This document shows, in pieces, positions 1 to 13,668 of a stretch of 64,000 nt of DNA (the first letter of the stretch is position 1; each line of letters starts with the position of its first letter). The notes under the pieces are model-generated. The model was not told where the DNA came from, did not search any database, and saw nothing but the letters and a program-made list of their open reading frames with translations. Origin of the DNA: Lepidodermella squamata (Eukaryota; Animalia; Gastrotricha); contig JBLDXI010000056.1 of assembly GCA_047495785.1 (NCBI GenBank), positions 372,001 through 436,000 on the forward strand, written 5' to 3'. A program made the translations under genes and the position numbers.

Positions 1-1592
1 TCCCCGTTTTTCTCCGTTTGTCCTTGACGCCCGCGGCAAATGCCATTCATTTCATTTACATGTTTAAAAATTTGCTGAAAGTTAGTTGAGTAATATTAAA
101 ACAAAATAAAAATTTGAAATGACCTTGAAAAATTTATTTTCAATTTTTTGGCGTGTGACTTCGAGTTTTCCGTCAGGCTCTACCTACCGACCTGTCAGGA
201 TTGAGTTGATGATTCAGGATTAGTGAGTATGAGTATCAAAAAAATATCAAGGTTTTGCATTCAGGAATGGAACATTTACATTATTAATTTGATACTATTT
301 TGCTTTGCGTCCGCGTACAAATATCTGCCTTTCTAACTGGAGAATTTGAATGTTAGCCGACAGAAAATCGATCAATAAAATAGAAACATTGTTGAAACAT
401 TACTTTTTGAGAGTTCTGTATATTTGTAGTATCGTATAACGCAATTTCTCCCAATAGCCGATTGAGATATCCCAATGTGCAATCCGAATTGTTCCCAACG
501 TCATTTTCAGCTATTTTAAACAGTTTTTTTTTAAATTTGGAAACCAAGCAAGATTGCAGAATAGCCCTTCGCCTATCTAGCAGAGCCCATTTTCCCTAAT
601 AACTTGTTCCGTAACTGCGTGTTCTATGAGTTATTAAAAAGCTAGCATATTTTCACTGTAACAGTCTTCTGGCCTTCTAGGTCCATTTAAACTCTTTATT
701 AATCAATTTGCAGACCAATCGATAGGGCTCTTCATGCTCTTTAATATGATGTGATACATTATAATTCAATAACCTGAAGGCTGATGAAAACAATAGGCAA
801 AAAGCAACTTTCGGATTGCTCATTGAGACATCTCTATCGGCAATTGGGGGATTGCCAATACAATATACAATACTACATATTAATTATTACGAAACATATG
901 CGAACTTGTCCAATGCATTACAATGATGAAACATTTATCAGCCTCAATTCTACCATGCACTTACTAAAATTTGGTCACATTTTGACGTATTCTGTTATTC
1001 GTAACGTAGAGCCATTTACCACCAAATTTTTGAAAGTAATATCCTATCAAAGCCGTTCCCAGAGACTTTGAGTCCCAGACCTTACGACAGACCTTAGGAA
1101 GAAGACTGCTTAGGAAAATTCTTGATTTCGTTTCGAAATGTAAAATCGATGCGCTTGGTCCAGGTTCGGACGAAATGATATGTTGAAATGATCGCCAGTT
1201 CAGGATCCCATTTCCAGGAGGAAAAATAATTGGGACCTGCCCATTACGTCGCACTGCGAAGCAAGTGCGCGTAAGACAATGATTTTAGGGATGCATTGAC
1301 AGATCGATCGAATCAAAAGGTTTGGACGGGTGTGAGGATCGCCACTGCGAAATAGTCAAAAATTCCCGATTCAGCCGTTGGTTGCGTTGGAAACTGGCAC
1401 AACTCGTGGTGTTATAAAACTGGCCCAGAGGTGAGACGAGAGAAGCCAACTTCGAACAAACTCGCGTAACACACAACGCATAGCAACATACCGCAAAACA
1501 GCAGCAAATATCAGCAGAATTTGCGTAACAAATGATCAATTTTTTATTAAATAACATTATTGTTACACAATTTGAAATAAAATATTTTTTTA

Positions 1593-1637
1593 GCGTCCAT
1601 AGCAACGGCGTGTGATCCTGTTCACGTTGCCCGGAAC
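1593..1637 (+). promoter_or_regulatory. Two candidate RFX X-box motifs upstream of the EFCAB6-like gene
   Basis: GCGTCCATAGCAAC (1593-1606) and GTTGCCCGGAAC (1626-1637) resemble the X-box consensus GTNRCC-N0-3-RGYAAC. They lie about 450 nt upstream of a probable ciliary EF-hand gene. Function is inferred. Confidence 0.45.
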
Positions 1638-2069
1638 GTGTTTTCTTACCGAACGGTACATGTTTGTCTCATTTGCATTCGCGTGTACTTCTGTCTTCCA
1701 TTAGTCTCCTGCGCCTGACTGGTTGTTAAGGTTCTTTCGTTGATTTAATGCCACGACTAAGCTGTTTGCTGTTCATCGGCAGTTCGAATCTGAGCGGTTG
1801 CGCGTGAGAGCCATAAGCTTAGTACTTGAGTGGAAATTCCGTCGTTAATCTTAGTTATTGAGTAAAATCAACTTGCAAACCAAAATGTAACGTTAGATTA
1901 CGCCCCGCCCGACAATAGTTGAGGCTCCTTGTGATCGCATTAGAAAGGGCGGTCACACGCAGAGCGACTGCTTGCAGCCGGTTCCTGAACCAATGCTTCT
2001 CATTGAATCTCAGCTCCACTTTTGAATGATTCTAGTTTTTAGATATTTTAATCATGCTCATGTTCTAAG

Positions 2070-5000
2070 ATGGTTTTCGCGGAAGGATCTTCTGAATGTG
2101 AGCCTATATATTTGCGAATATTTGCACGCATGCCTAACTGCTGTTTATTTCGATAGTTGATGATGTGGACGGACGGTTCGTCGCAATTTTGAAAGCCAAT
2201 AAAGAGCTTTTAGCGACTGAGCTGCGAAAGTATGATCAGAAAAACACTGGGCAAATAACAAAAACGGAGATGAGAAATGCATTGGAGGCCATCGCAAGAG
2301 AACCAATATCATCAAAACTGTTTGATAAGGTTGTATCAGGGGTAATTACTATCAATCATGTCGCCGTTCTGCTCTCCTCATGATTTGTTTGATTTTAAGG
2401 CCGGCTTTGCGATAGACTATGCATCCTGTCTCCGCAAGATTGACATTCCAGTTGATTCGGGGAAACCAGAAGTCACCAATGAAAGTCGCCCGTCTTCTAA
2501 AGAACAAAATGGATTGAGGTAACTAACCGATTTCATATCGTTCATCGCTTCAATACATTTTTGTAGATTGACACGATCAATGACTATGCTCCCTTCAAGT
2601 GCTGCTGATGTTGAGTCTGCATTCAAACAAAAAGTATGAAACAAGCCTGATGTTTGTAACGTCAACAATTTATCTGCCATTTCAGCTTCAAGAAAACGTT
2701 ACCAAGGTGTTACGCGGCTTGCGCCTCTTCGACTTCAACAGAGACGGACGCATTCAGAAACAAGAGCTGAAAAAGACATTTGATGCTCATGTAATGAAGC
2801 TGACAGATCAACAATTCGATAAAATATGGGCAAGATATGAAGTTAACCACAACTCCGGAACAACAACCACAAACTACCATGATTTCCTACGGAGATTGGG
2901 TGTGTCAGACGAACAATTGGCTAACGTGGGGACAGGAGCCAAAGCAGGTAAATATAGATCTAGTTTCTTGTTTTTATAGGTGAAAGTAGCTGGTAAAATG
3001 TAGCCTGACGTTTTGTGATGTGTAGAAAAAAGTCATTGGTTACAGCAAGGTAAATACTCAATCATAAGTCATTGTCAAATTTTATTTATTCGCACGTCTA
3101 CACTCTTCTTTGTTAGAAGTCAGATATGTAGCTTGTTCACCCCCTATTTTAATTTCCTGAAACATCGTTTATTTTAAATTTCTTCTTTCTCAAAGTTTTG
3201 ACCGATAGTGTCGTTGCTGCTTATGCTGAAGGCGTTCCAGCATCTGCGAGTTCTTACAAACGAGACATTTCTTCCGCCCTCAGACCAATGTCTGCATTCA
3301 AGCACGTTGTGAAAAACGAAGATTTACCGTCTCGCCAGTTGTCAGAGTCGAACATCGACTACCTGGAAGATCAATTACGAGCCGGCGTTCTTGCTAATCG
3401 CGGAACTGTCGTAAAAATGTTTCAAATTTTCGACCGCGACAACACAGGCTACGTCACGCTTGAAGAACTGCACAAAACGCTAAATAATTTCGTCATGCAA
3501 ATGACGTTCCCCGTTTTTCAACAAGTCATGGAACGATTCGGCCTAAAAGCGTCTCATACGATAGCATGGCGCGTTTTTATGCGAAAATTCGACCCGATTA
3601 CGTATGGCGATCAACAAAATGGATCATTTTTGCCTATGAGAAGCAATCACAGGTACACATTTTAATTATGTTTGAAATTTTTACTTGAATATTTTGCAAA
3701 TCGACTCAAATTATAAGTAATATTTTTCAAGTCTAACTGCCGATATGGTTTGTTTTATTATATTTCAAAATAATTTAATCACTCGCATGTGGGAACGCGA
3801 TCCATTAGCATGACTGCCCTTTAGGCTTCAATTTTTTTCGAATTATTCCTGAATTTTTCGAAATTTTCCCTTTACAGATACCATCCTGTGAAAGGCGGTG
3901 ATCAAAAGGTGTCCGTGAACACTCTGCTGACCAAACTACACGATCACATTCAAAATGGCTATCCATCGTTGAAAGAGGCATTCCTAATCCTTGACGAGTC
4001 ACGTGATGGCATCGTTACACAGGCTAAAATTAGAAAACTCCTCTCGGATCGCGTCAAGTTAACCGTGACGGATGCGCAAATCTCAGAATTATGGTCCTTG
4101 TTACAGCCGAGCGGATCGCCGCCTTTGGACTACCAGCGATTTGTTCAGTTATTCGAAATGACCGATACAGCTGACGGTCACCCTTGGCTGAATTCATGCC
4201 ATCGCGTCAATGAAATGAGGCACCCTAAACCGCTAGCCGGGCCTCAAGCTGCTGAGCTATTGAGGCAACACGCCGTTAACAATTGGTCGAAAATCGCGAA
4301 AGACTTAGCCGTGGCGGATCGAGCGAGGCGAAGCGTGATAAAAACCTCGCAATTGAAAACAATTCTTGTCGATCATACGGGCGACATTGATGAGAAAACG
4401 TTCGAAAAATGGTGTGAGGGTTGCGTTTCGCACAAAAATAACGAGGTCAATTACCGTGAATTTTTCTCAATTATGGGCGTCGAAGTGAACCCAGGTGATT
4501 TCGAGGGCCTTTCGCTGCGAATTCAGGACGAAAATGAGCGAAATGTTGCGATTCAAATCGAAGATCAGCGAAGGCGGCAGCAAAATGAGGCGATGAAAGC
4601 CGCGGATCGGGCTAATCAAATGTCGCTGGAAGAAGTTGTTGTTCGACTTCGAGATCGATTCGAGCAAAAATCGTCGAATTTTTACAAGACCTTCACGTAT
4701 TTTGCGAAGAAGAAAAAACACGCTTATCGATTGTCGCGAAACGGTTTTCGAAAAATGTTATCGCACATGGGATTTTTGCTGACCGATGAAAATTTCAACG
4801 AGTTGTGCGATAAACTGGCGTTCTCCGGAAATTACATGACCTACGACGATTTTATTCGCAGTTTTGAGGCGTTGTTTTTCCAGCAGCCGCAGGACAAGAA
4901 TCGCCCGCCTAATCATCGATTTAACGAAATTCGAGGCGGCGAAAAATTGATGGAGGTCGATGAGGCGTATGATTTGTTCAAGAAAAAACTTGTCTCCGGG

Positions 5001-8000
5001 TTTGAATCGCTGAAAAAAGCCTTCGAATTCGCCGATGTTGAACGGCGGGGCGTGATAACTGCGCCGGGTATCCAACGGCTATTCGACTTTTTGAACATTC
5101 CTATGGTGGCCGGAGGAGCGACTGAGGTAATTTCGAAGTTGACGGGCGATTTGGGTCGGCCGTTGAAACAACCAGGCCTCGTCTCGCTTGATGAATTCCG
5201 GGATGCGTATGAAATTAAGGAAGACGAACGTGGTCATAAGTGGAAGTCAGACCATCGATTCAATCCGCAGAGAAACGGAGGTGAGTCTTCAATTTAAAAA
5301 TTCAATTTTCAGGGAAATTGAAAAATGGAGTGTAGCCAAATTAAAACGCAGATAATAATGATTTTTTTTATGAATAATCTGAAATATTATATTTTATCAA
5401 AACCTTTTTTCTTCAGCGAAATCTTTCGTATCTACGAGTAAGCATCAGCGTCTTTATTTTTTACGATTTTTTATTAACCCTTTTTTCTAACCTATTTCTC
5501 GTTTAGATGTAGACATTGAGCCTTGATTGCTAAAATTCGAAATTTAACGGCTAACTTTAAAAGCAGTCATAAGCCTAACAACTGTAGTAACTTTTTAGTA
5601 TTGAAAATTGAAAACTTTCTGGAAACAAAATATTTTTCCTAATTCGTAATTCATTACATCGGAAATCAAAGAGGATTTTTCGAATTTTTTTTGCACCGAT
5701 TCGACTTGATCTCAGTGAAATCAACCATTTCACTTTGAAATATTTGAATTTAAATTTCTTTAAATATTTTTAACTTTTAGCGATTTTTTTGTGGGGTATA
5801 CGCTCGCTTATCGTTCCATTATTTTGTGTAATTTTTCGCCAGTATTTTTCCTAATTTTTTCGCTATCTTCAGTTATAGCAACATTTTTATAGGCAAATTT
5901 AAGAAATCGAGCTTCTCAGCCAATGACATATTTTGAAAATTTTCCATTTGTAAAAATAAAGAAAAAATTCATCTGCTAGCTTCACTACATTTTTACCAAA
6001 TAATTTATATCATTTTTCGATGTAAAATTTAGCATTCCCGTCTACTCCCGAGGGCGTACTGCAAATGCTGATGCTGAAACTGGCGACGCAGTTCAACAGC
6101 CCGACCGAGGCGTTTCTCGCCGCTGATGTCGCGCGTTCCGGTCGAATAGGCAAACGCGGCCTGGCAAAACTCCTGCGCCAGGTGCACATCCAAGTCGAAG
6201 AGCCCATCCTCAGTGGCCTATGGGACCTGCTAGATCCATTACGAGAGGGCGCAATTGGGCTGCAGGCCTTCCTACGCAGATGCGGGGCTGACAATTCAGC
6301 CGACTCGAAGGGCGGCATTTCCGAGGCGATAATCGCGCAGTCTGAGGCGACGTTAGATGAGCAGTTGGCGAAAATGAAGCAAAAGCATCAACTGGCAACG
6401 AATAGGCAGGCGGCGATTGGCCAGCCGTTGACTGCTGAACTTGCCCTCGCGACAATCGCGCAGAAACTTGTCGACTCGGGCGCGAGTCTCGACGCGCTTT
6501 TCGCTAAATTTGACGTGAAAAAGCGCGGTTTCCTGTCGGCGGCGCAAATGCAGAATATTCTGCATACTTACCACATGTTTTTGCCGCCGAATGAGGAGGC
6601 CAAGTTTTTTGCGGCCTTGGGGCTGGGCCCGGGTGGCAGGACTGCGATCACGCTACCCGAGTTCAAAGCCGCGTTTTCGGACCAGAAACTGGTGATTGGC
6701 GGGCAGGAGGTTGACATGTCAGCTGATAATGGGTATGTTTCATTCAAATTCAGATTATATACGAATGTTCAAATAATTTTTCACCATGCTAGTTGATAGA
6801 CTGATTGATTCAATTTAGCTGATGTTTTCTCATTATTTTCTTGTTTCACTTCCTGCAAAGTGTGACAAGTGTCGTCGAAGCGTTTTTTTCTTGAAATTTT
6901 GGCGCGGCGCATCGCCATCACGCGCTGCGCCAGGCATGTTTGGACGTAAAAACGCGCTGCACGCGCTCGAATCTTTGAAAAATGAGTCATTATTAATATA
7001 GCAGGCTATATATAGGCTGTGCGACTGGTTCCTCTTTCGAGATTTTCTTATACCCGATGTGAATTATTTTGAAGGCCTTTAATGTTCTAGCAATATATGA
7101 ATGTTATCGTATCTTTCTTCCAATATGCCAAAGCAAGATTATCTCAGAGGCAATAAGTAGTCGTCTATAGAAATATCTTATGGGGAATAAATTCAAACCA
7201 AAATGGGCAAGAACCTCCATTAAGTCAAGAATCTTTAATCCTTCAAGGCCCATCAAGCTCTTGGATCAATTAATCTCATCTCAACTGCTGCGATACTAAT
7301 CGATAACTGAGTTTCGAAGTGAACGCTACTTTTTGCACAGAATTTTACGCTGTATTAAAAAATAATTTATTAGAATTAATATGGTCAATAATAACATCTT
7401 TGGAGGTTCTGAAAAGTGGTTTTAGGCCCAATAAATATTCAAAAATTTGGTGCTGGTAACAGGAGGGCCCGAAATCTAATATTTCCTACCCGGAACTTCC
7501 CATATTTGCCAATCCAATATTTTAGCAGTAAGCCAAACTGGCGTTGCACAAGCGAATAACGCCGAACTCAGGGCGAAGTCGAATTGCACTGGAAAATTTG
7601 TTCCGAAAAATTATTTCAGCCAAAAAAACTAAACATTTGTTCAGGCTATGGGATTCGAACCATTTTTCTCACACCCCACACCCAGCCTCTCTGACCACTA
7701 GGCCATCTACATGTAACTAATATTCGATTTTTGCTACTTAACTGAATGGCTGCACCTCTATGATAGCTACGAACATTCTCGAAGCGGGTCCATTTTCATT
7801 TTATTTATGGATTTTCTTTGCTAGCAAGAGCTCAGATGCCGAATGATGCTCGGCATTGAGTAAACTTCGCCTTACACCGCTATCTAAAATTAACTATTAT
7901 TTTCTATGTTTCTTACCCGTATAATTTTACGTATTTTGGAACCAGTATTTAGACTTATCAGTTCGTTGAGAAAAGAAAAGAATGTCTTCTGATAAGAGAG

Positions 8001-11000
8001 TTCTCGTATTTGGCTCCACCGGTGTTGGTAAAACATCGATGCTAAACGAGTTGACGGGTGAACGGTGTGAAACGAGCAGCGGCGCGCGGGGTTGCACGTT
8101 CGAAACCAAGTTTTACGACCCTGTCAAAATCGGCGACACCTCGTACGTGTTCATCGACACGGTTGGCTTGAATGAAGGCTCCGCAGGCACGGTTGTGTCG
8201 AAAAAAGCTATAGCAAATCTGATCAATCTTGTTGTGAAAAACAAGGCCGGCTTCAACTTGCTCATCATGGTCATGAAATGCGGCCGTGTCGATAAGGCCA
8301 TGGAGAATCAGTACGAGTTATTTGTTCGGCAATTGGCCGAGGGCCAAGTACCTGTTCTCCTCGTGGTAACCGGCTGTGAACTCGAAGAATCGCTTGATGC
8401 TTGGGCTAACAAGCCCGACAACGTGGCGGCAATAAGACATCAGTATCGCATGAATTTCGCCGCAATGATTGGCAGTGTCTGGGCGTCTGGGTCTGGCAAT
8501 CAATTACTTCGAACGGTATTTGCTGAGATGCGAAAAGAATCGAGGGAGAAACTCATCTGCGCCATAGAGAAGCACGCCCTTAAAGAGCCGGTCAAGATTG
8601 CACCTCATGGTTTCATGGAGCTCGTTCGAAGGTTGTACAATTTCCTGGCGAATATTTTCAACTTGAGCCTTTGGCTGAGCAGCATTGGCAAGGCGCTATT
8701 GCACTGGGGATTTTCGCAAGAGGAAGCCAGGGCAGCAGAGGAGGCAATTTTGAGTGGGTCACGCCTGTGGGAGTCGGCGGACACGGCGTAATCGCTGAAT
8801 GGGCTGACATTTCTTCAGAAAAACGATCAACCTCCCATGAACACTTGACTGCCTTTATCTTATAATTATAATATTAAGCTACATTTATTCTTCTGGCTCA
8901 ATTGCGTTTTCTGTACATTTTACATTGGAAAGCGTTACCATGATCTAGAAAATGTTATAAATTGATGCATAAATACCTAAAAAATAATAAGTTGACTGTT
9001 GCCTATGATCCAAAGTTTAGATGTTTTCGACGAGAAGAGTGGGCAAATAAATGTATCAGCAGCGCGTACTTGCTGTCTTTCTTTCAACATTTTTTCGATT
9101 TGATGCTTCCGATAGTTGAGCTTGTGGATATAACAACAGTGCGTAAAACAATGCATAGCATTTGTTTACGGCTTGAATTACTTTAAAACCAGAATATAAA
9201 CAAGGAATGATGAATTACCAATTTTTGAAAATATTAAAACCTTTCCCTAGTAATTTATTCAATTTTTCGAAAATCAGACATTTGAAAAATTTCCGACTAG
9301 ATGCTTTTTAACTTATTCAATTGCATTTTTTCGGCGAGGGTTTTTTCCGTGTGACCAATGTCAGTTCATACAGCGTATCTCAGGAGTTGAGCAGCTATTT
9401 TTTAATTTAGCAAAACTTTGTAGGAAATTTATCTAATTTTATTAAATTGAACCTACCGAGAAATTGCTCCATCTTTTATTCGCAATCTTACGGGAGAAAA
9501 CCCTTCAAACCCAGATGGTAACTGGTTCGGTAATTTTCGTTATTTTACCCGGTTATAGACCAAATTTCTCTGGACTCATTTAATCCCATTAACCAGTGAA
9601 ATGCTTGATTACTATTCCCATAATTTTTGACATCTTTCATGAGATGTGCCTTCGTCTTATTTTCGAGTTTCTGAAATCTTTTCCGCGTATTATTATGGGG
9701 CACGCCGTAGTTCATGTAAGTAATAAATTCAAACGGATATCAGCAAGAAGCTCTAAAAAAGTTGATTTCAACAACAACGAAATTTCAGGCTGTTAAATGC
9801 CGGTTGAAACTTATTTCCCTGATTGTTTATTACTCTTACATACTTGATTTTTTTGCAGAATCATGAATGGCAAACTGCGCTTCCCACCACCCGTCAACCC
9901 AGACAAAGTGTCGTATTCGGCGAACGCCGACATCTGGCGCCAGGCCCGCGGCGTGTTCGCCCGGCACGCCGACGCGTTGGCGAAGGCTTTCGCCGCGCTC
10001 GACAAATCAACATCAGGCCGCATCCCACTCGCCGACTTCGAACGCGTCCTAGCCGCGTTCTGCGGCCCCCGAGTGCCGCTCGCCTTCGTCCGCCAACGCT
10101 TCCCGCCCTCCGCCGACTCAACCGTCGACTTCAAGGCGTTTCTTCAGAGCTTCGCCGGGCCCAGCGTGCCGGCTGTTGCGGCTGCTGGCCTGCTAGCGGG
10201 CAATAACAACTCGAATGAGCAGCTGGCCGGGGTTCGGCGGTTGGCCCTCGCGGTTAGACAACGCCACTACCCGCTGATTGCGGCGTGTGAAGAGCTCGAC
10301 TACGGCCGTTACGGTACGCTGGCGATGGGCGATTTCAGGAATGTTCTCCAGCAATTTACGATTGGCATCACGGATAGTTTATTCAATTTCGTATCATCTC
10401 TGCCAGATGTTTTCCCAATGGCTGACGACGGCAAAGTTAGGTAAGAATTTCCACGAAAATGAAATTAGCGGAAAGGTTCCATGAAAAAAGTGTTGCGGAA
10501 ACGAATTCTTTCGTTGAATTTTTCTGTAGGCTAAATTTGAGGGCCTGAAGTTATTTTCGGTTGTTTATCAGAAAATTCAGGAGAATACGGAAGTTTGAAG
10601 TTCACGAATTTGCGAGAGATTCAACGCAATTAATAAAAATGTTTACATTTTAGAGATTCGATTATTATCATATTCTCCCAAAATCGAAAACATCATAATT
10701 TCCAATAAAGACCAAAAACGCATAGTGTTACGCATAAAAGGGACGCACCGCTAAAGATGTCAAGATTTTATTTAGCCGGTCGAATTTCTTCGAAAAATTA
10801 GGAAAAATTCTAAGGAAACTCGAAGGAAACCCTATGTCTGTTTCAGCTAGTTTGGGGTTTCCGAAACTTGGAGCATAAAATTCACAACAGTCTAGCCCAA
10901 GTAAGAATCTTGCGATTCTGAGCTTTTTCCCGATATCAGAATTCGATTTGATTTTAGAAAAGTTGAAATTTTAGCCGATTTTCACTTCAATTGAATCTCT

Positions 11001-12164
11001 CAATTGATGGAAATCATGGATTTTCCCATCGATTTCATTGACTTGTGGCGTTCACTTTTTTCTTATAATTCCAACTCTTCATTCCGGTATTCGTAGATGA
11101 ATAAACGGTGATTTTGTGATGCCTAGGTATCGAGAGGCTTTATCAGCCTTGGCAACTGTCGACGAGCGCCTGCCTGCTCCCTCAGGCGAGGCCCTACCGC
11201 CTACATTCCCCCTCTACGGTGACGCCGAAGACCGCGCCGAATCAACGCTGCCTCCAATCGACGACGCCGGAATTTCGCGGATGGGCCGAGCCATGTCCAT
11301 ATTCTCCGGCCGTTCGTCCACCTCTTCCATCAGTTCTTCGGTCATGTCTGACCTGTTCGGAGGGGCTGTCGATGACCTGGGCTTTGGCGGCCTGCCGATG
11401 GTCGACGCGACCCAGGCCGAGTCGCAGCTCGTGCCGGTCATGACGAAGAAGTGGCGCAAGTTCCACCGAGCGTGTCGCGCCGCGGATCCGCAACAGGCCG
11501 GCGTACTGCCTACACCCGCGGTCGACAGTAAGTTGACACATAAACAGTTGTTGACGGAAATCTCAACTCTTTAAAATTCAATTGGTCGGAATTGTTCAAT
11601 TATTCTCCAAATATGGCCGGTGGGAAATTGGTGAAATTATTAGAATCTGGAAAGATTTTCTCAATTTCAAGATCTGGCTGTATTTTTGAAAATATCTTAA
11701 ATTTATTCTGTTTTTCAGAAATATTCCAGGACATAGGACTGACCCTATCTGACACTGATTTCCAAATTCTGTGCCGCAAGTACGACATGAAAAACAACGG
11801 CTCATTCGCGTATCGGCACTTCCTGCGCCAAATGGTGTTCACTAACAACAACAACAAATTCCGCCAAGCCCTGTCGTCGGACTCGAACACGTCACCCGCG
11901 CTCAAAGCCCTGCTATCGACGGCTGAGAAATGGCGCGATCTGCGGCGGTGGTTCCGCGCGCAGCCGCAGTCATCGCCCGGCATCGTCTCGCTTGGCCAAC
12001 TGCGCCACGGCCTGCGAACCGTCGTCGATGCCAATCTGAGCGAGGCTGATTTTGCGGATCTGACGAATCGCCTCGATCCGCACACGACCGGCTTCTTCCG
12101 ATACGACGACCTGTTTAGACTTGCGCTCAAATCGTCGTCGAATTCAGCTCCAATGCAGACTTGA
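2070..12164 (+). CDS. EFCAB6: EF-hand calcium-binding domain protein 6-like, 11 exons, about 1549 aa
   Basis: Frame-consistent GT-AG model: 2070-2097, 2157-2341, 2400-2518, 2567-2633, 2686-2947, 3196-3652, 3878-5280, 6033-6732, 9859-10440, 11127-11527, 11719-12164. Many paired EF-hands (DQKNTGQITKTE, DFNRDGRIQKQE, DRDNTGYVTLEE, DESRDGIVT, DMKNNGSFAY). Size and architecture fit EFCAB6. The true start could lie further upstream. Confidence 0.8.
7644..7710 (-). repeat. tRNA-derived (SINE-head-like) Pol III promoter relic
   Basis: The minus strand reads TGGCCTAGTGG (A box) ... GGTTCGAATCC (B box) at tRNA-like spacing, but has no acceptor or anticodon stem. Confidence 0.5.
7982..8791 (+). CDS. 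Intronless TRAFAC P-loop GTPase (AIG1/MMR_HSR1-like), nested in EFCAB6 intron 8
   Basis: 269-aa ORF with G1 GSTGVGKTS, G2 GCT, G3 DTVG, G4-like TGCE and an amphipathic C-terminal helix. It lies wholly inside the 6733-9858 intron. Confidence 0.85.
   Translation: MSSDKRVLVFGSTGVGKTSMLNELTGERCETSSGARGCTFETKFYDPVKIGDTSYVFIDTVGLNEGSAGTVVSKKAIANLINLVVKNKAGFNLLIMVMKCGRVDKAMENQYELFVRQLAEGQVPVLLVVTGCELEESLDAWANKPDNVAAIRHQYRMNFAAMIGSVWASGSGNQLLRTVFAEMRKESREKLICAIEKHALKEPVKIAPHGFMELVRRLYNFLANIFNLSLWLSSIGKALLHWGFSQEEARAAEEAILSGSRLWESADTA
9517..9561. repeat. Fragment of the MITE family also present at 55413-55530
   Basis: Its reverse complement (ggtctataaccgggtaaaataacgaaaattaccgaaccagttacc) closely matches the left part of the element at about 55413-55456. 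Confidence 0.6.
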
Positions 12165-13150
12165 AAAAAACTGTTGAAAATCAAATTTGATGCCAAATAT
12201 TGGATAATTCCATCGAGTTCGGGCGCTAGAGAAATTTACAAAAATTTTGAAATTTTGAAATTTAAAATGGCTCTGAATTAAAATTTCGTTTTAGGATACC
12301 TATCCAGAAATTGTTGAAAAATTTAGAATTAAAAATTGAAATTTTTGTAAAGCATGCATGTTTTGGAGTCCGAAAACATGGAATTTGTATTAATGATTTT
12401 TCTTACAATTGTAAAACCTGCTTTCACAAGAAATCTTTTGTATATTTTTCTAACTATTTTGTGTTGCCAGTCTGACCTTTTTCCCGATTGCCGAATCGTG
12501 TTCAATATTTTAGACGTCATTTTTTCGAGTGAAAATTATTTTCATGCTTTTTGTGTTCGCGCGCCGGTTGTGTTTGACCTGATAATAATAATAATATCGT
12601 TTGAGCGATTTCGAATGCTTATTTTTGTTTGTCCAATGTCATGCGATTTCACCTGAACAGGCGATAATAAGTTGATTCTGTCCTAGCCGTGAAAATGGAT
12701 GATGATTGCATGAAATGAGAGAAACATCTGAAAACTTGATGCGATTTGTTTTCTTGTTTTGACTTGTGTTGAATGCGCCTTAGATCATCTTCGAAGAAAA
12801 GAATAATAAAGCCAAATACCATGTTTATCCACGGAGATTTTGCACAGTTTTTGTTTGCAGTCGCCGCAATTTTCTACGCAATCTCCTATACGAGATTTGC
12901 TTGAACCCAAGCTGTTAAAAATCTGAGAATCCTGAAACCAAGTTATCATGAAAACACGCTGTTTTAATAGCGATAAATAAATAGTTTTATTTCAAAAGAT
13001 TCACAAGATAAAGACATCGCAAAGCGGAATCATAATGAATCGAAATATAATGGAAGTCCTACGTTGACCATACACTGCGTCGCTGTGGGAGTAATTGATG
13101 ATAAATAACTTTTTCATTGCCCTGCGAGGTCCCCAGATCTTACTCCGTCT

Positions 13151-13668
13151 GATTTTCGTTTGTTTGCTTGAAATCCAGCAACTGTCAGGGATGGAAAAAA
13201 TTTCTTGCTTTATCCTCAAACGACCCCGAGTGACTAGTGATTATAACCAAAATAGACATTTATACTTTATACCGACATTTCGCTTTCTGTCAGCTTCAGA
13301 TCGTATTTTTGTACATAATTTACTAGTTCGCGTTCTGTATAAATGTCTATTTTTGTTCTAACCACTAGTCACTCGGGGTCGTTTGAGGTTGACAGTTCTA
13401 TGATCCAACATCGCACCCATTGAGGTAATTGAGATATTACGAAGCTGGTTCTGGAAGAATTGTGAAGGCTTCCCTATTCCTAAAGAACTCCAAATAGGTA
13501 AAGCCAATTAATGCTATTAATCCTCGCATCATATCTTTGGATCATATCTTCTATAATTGGCAACGTGACAGGATGAGCCTGAGACCTAAGCAATAGGCTA
13601 GAGTCTTTCATATACTGGCGGCAAACTTAAATCGAACCAGCTGGTTTTCAAGCAAACAAACGAAATTC
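13151..13668. mobile_element. Degenerate element bounded by 29-bp inverted repeats
   Basis: gattttcgtttgtttgcttgaaatccagc (13151-13179) pairs with 13640-13668 with 2 mismatches. Confidence 0.5.
13214..13388. mobile_element. 175-bp MITE, possibly piggyBac-type
   Basis: TIR cctcaaacgaccccgagtgactagtg / cactagtcactcggggtcgtttgagg, with imperfect pairing continuing inward. The flanks ttat and ttga are each one mismatch from TTAA. Confidence 0.75.

Noticed and set aside
1-1605. Possible minus-strand gene start (MAFAAGVKDKRRKTG at 45-1) and ORFs 964-1254 and 1285-1605
   Set aside because: Too short or truncated to support a call; the ORFs have no recognisable domains and may be UTR.
7644-7710. 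Functional tRNA gene
   Set aside because: A and B boxes are present but no cloverleaf can be formed.
7548-7880. Helentron/DINE-like element before the GTPase (ggcgaagt/acttcgcc inverted pair, atgccga/tcggcat hairpin)
   Set aside because: The matches are only 7-10 bp and cannot be separated from chance without other genomic copies.
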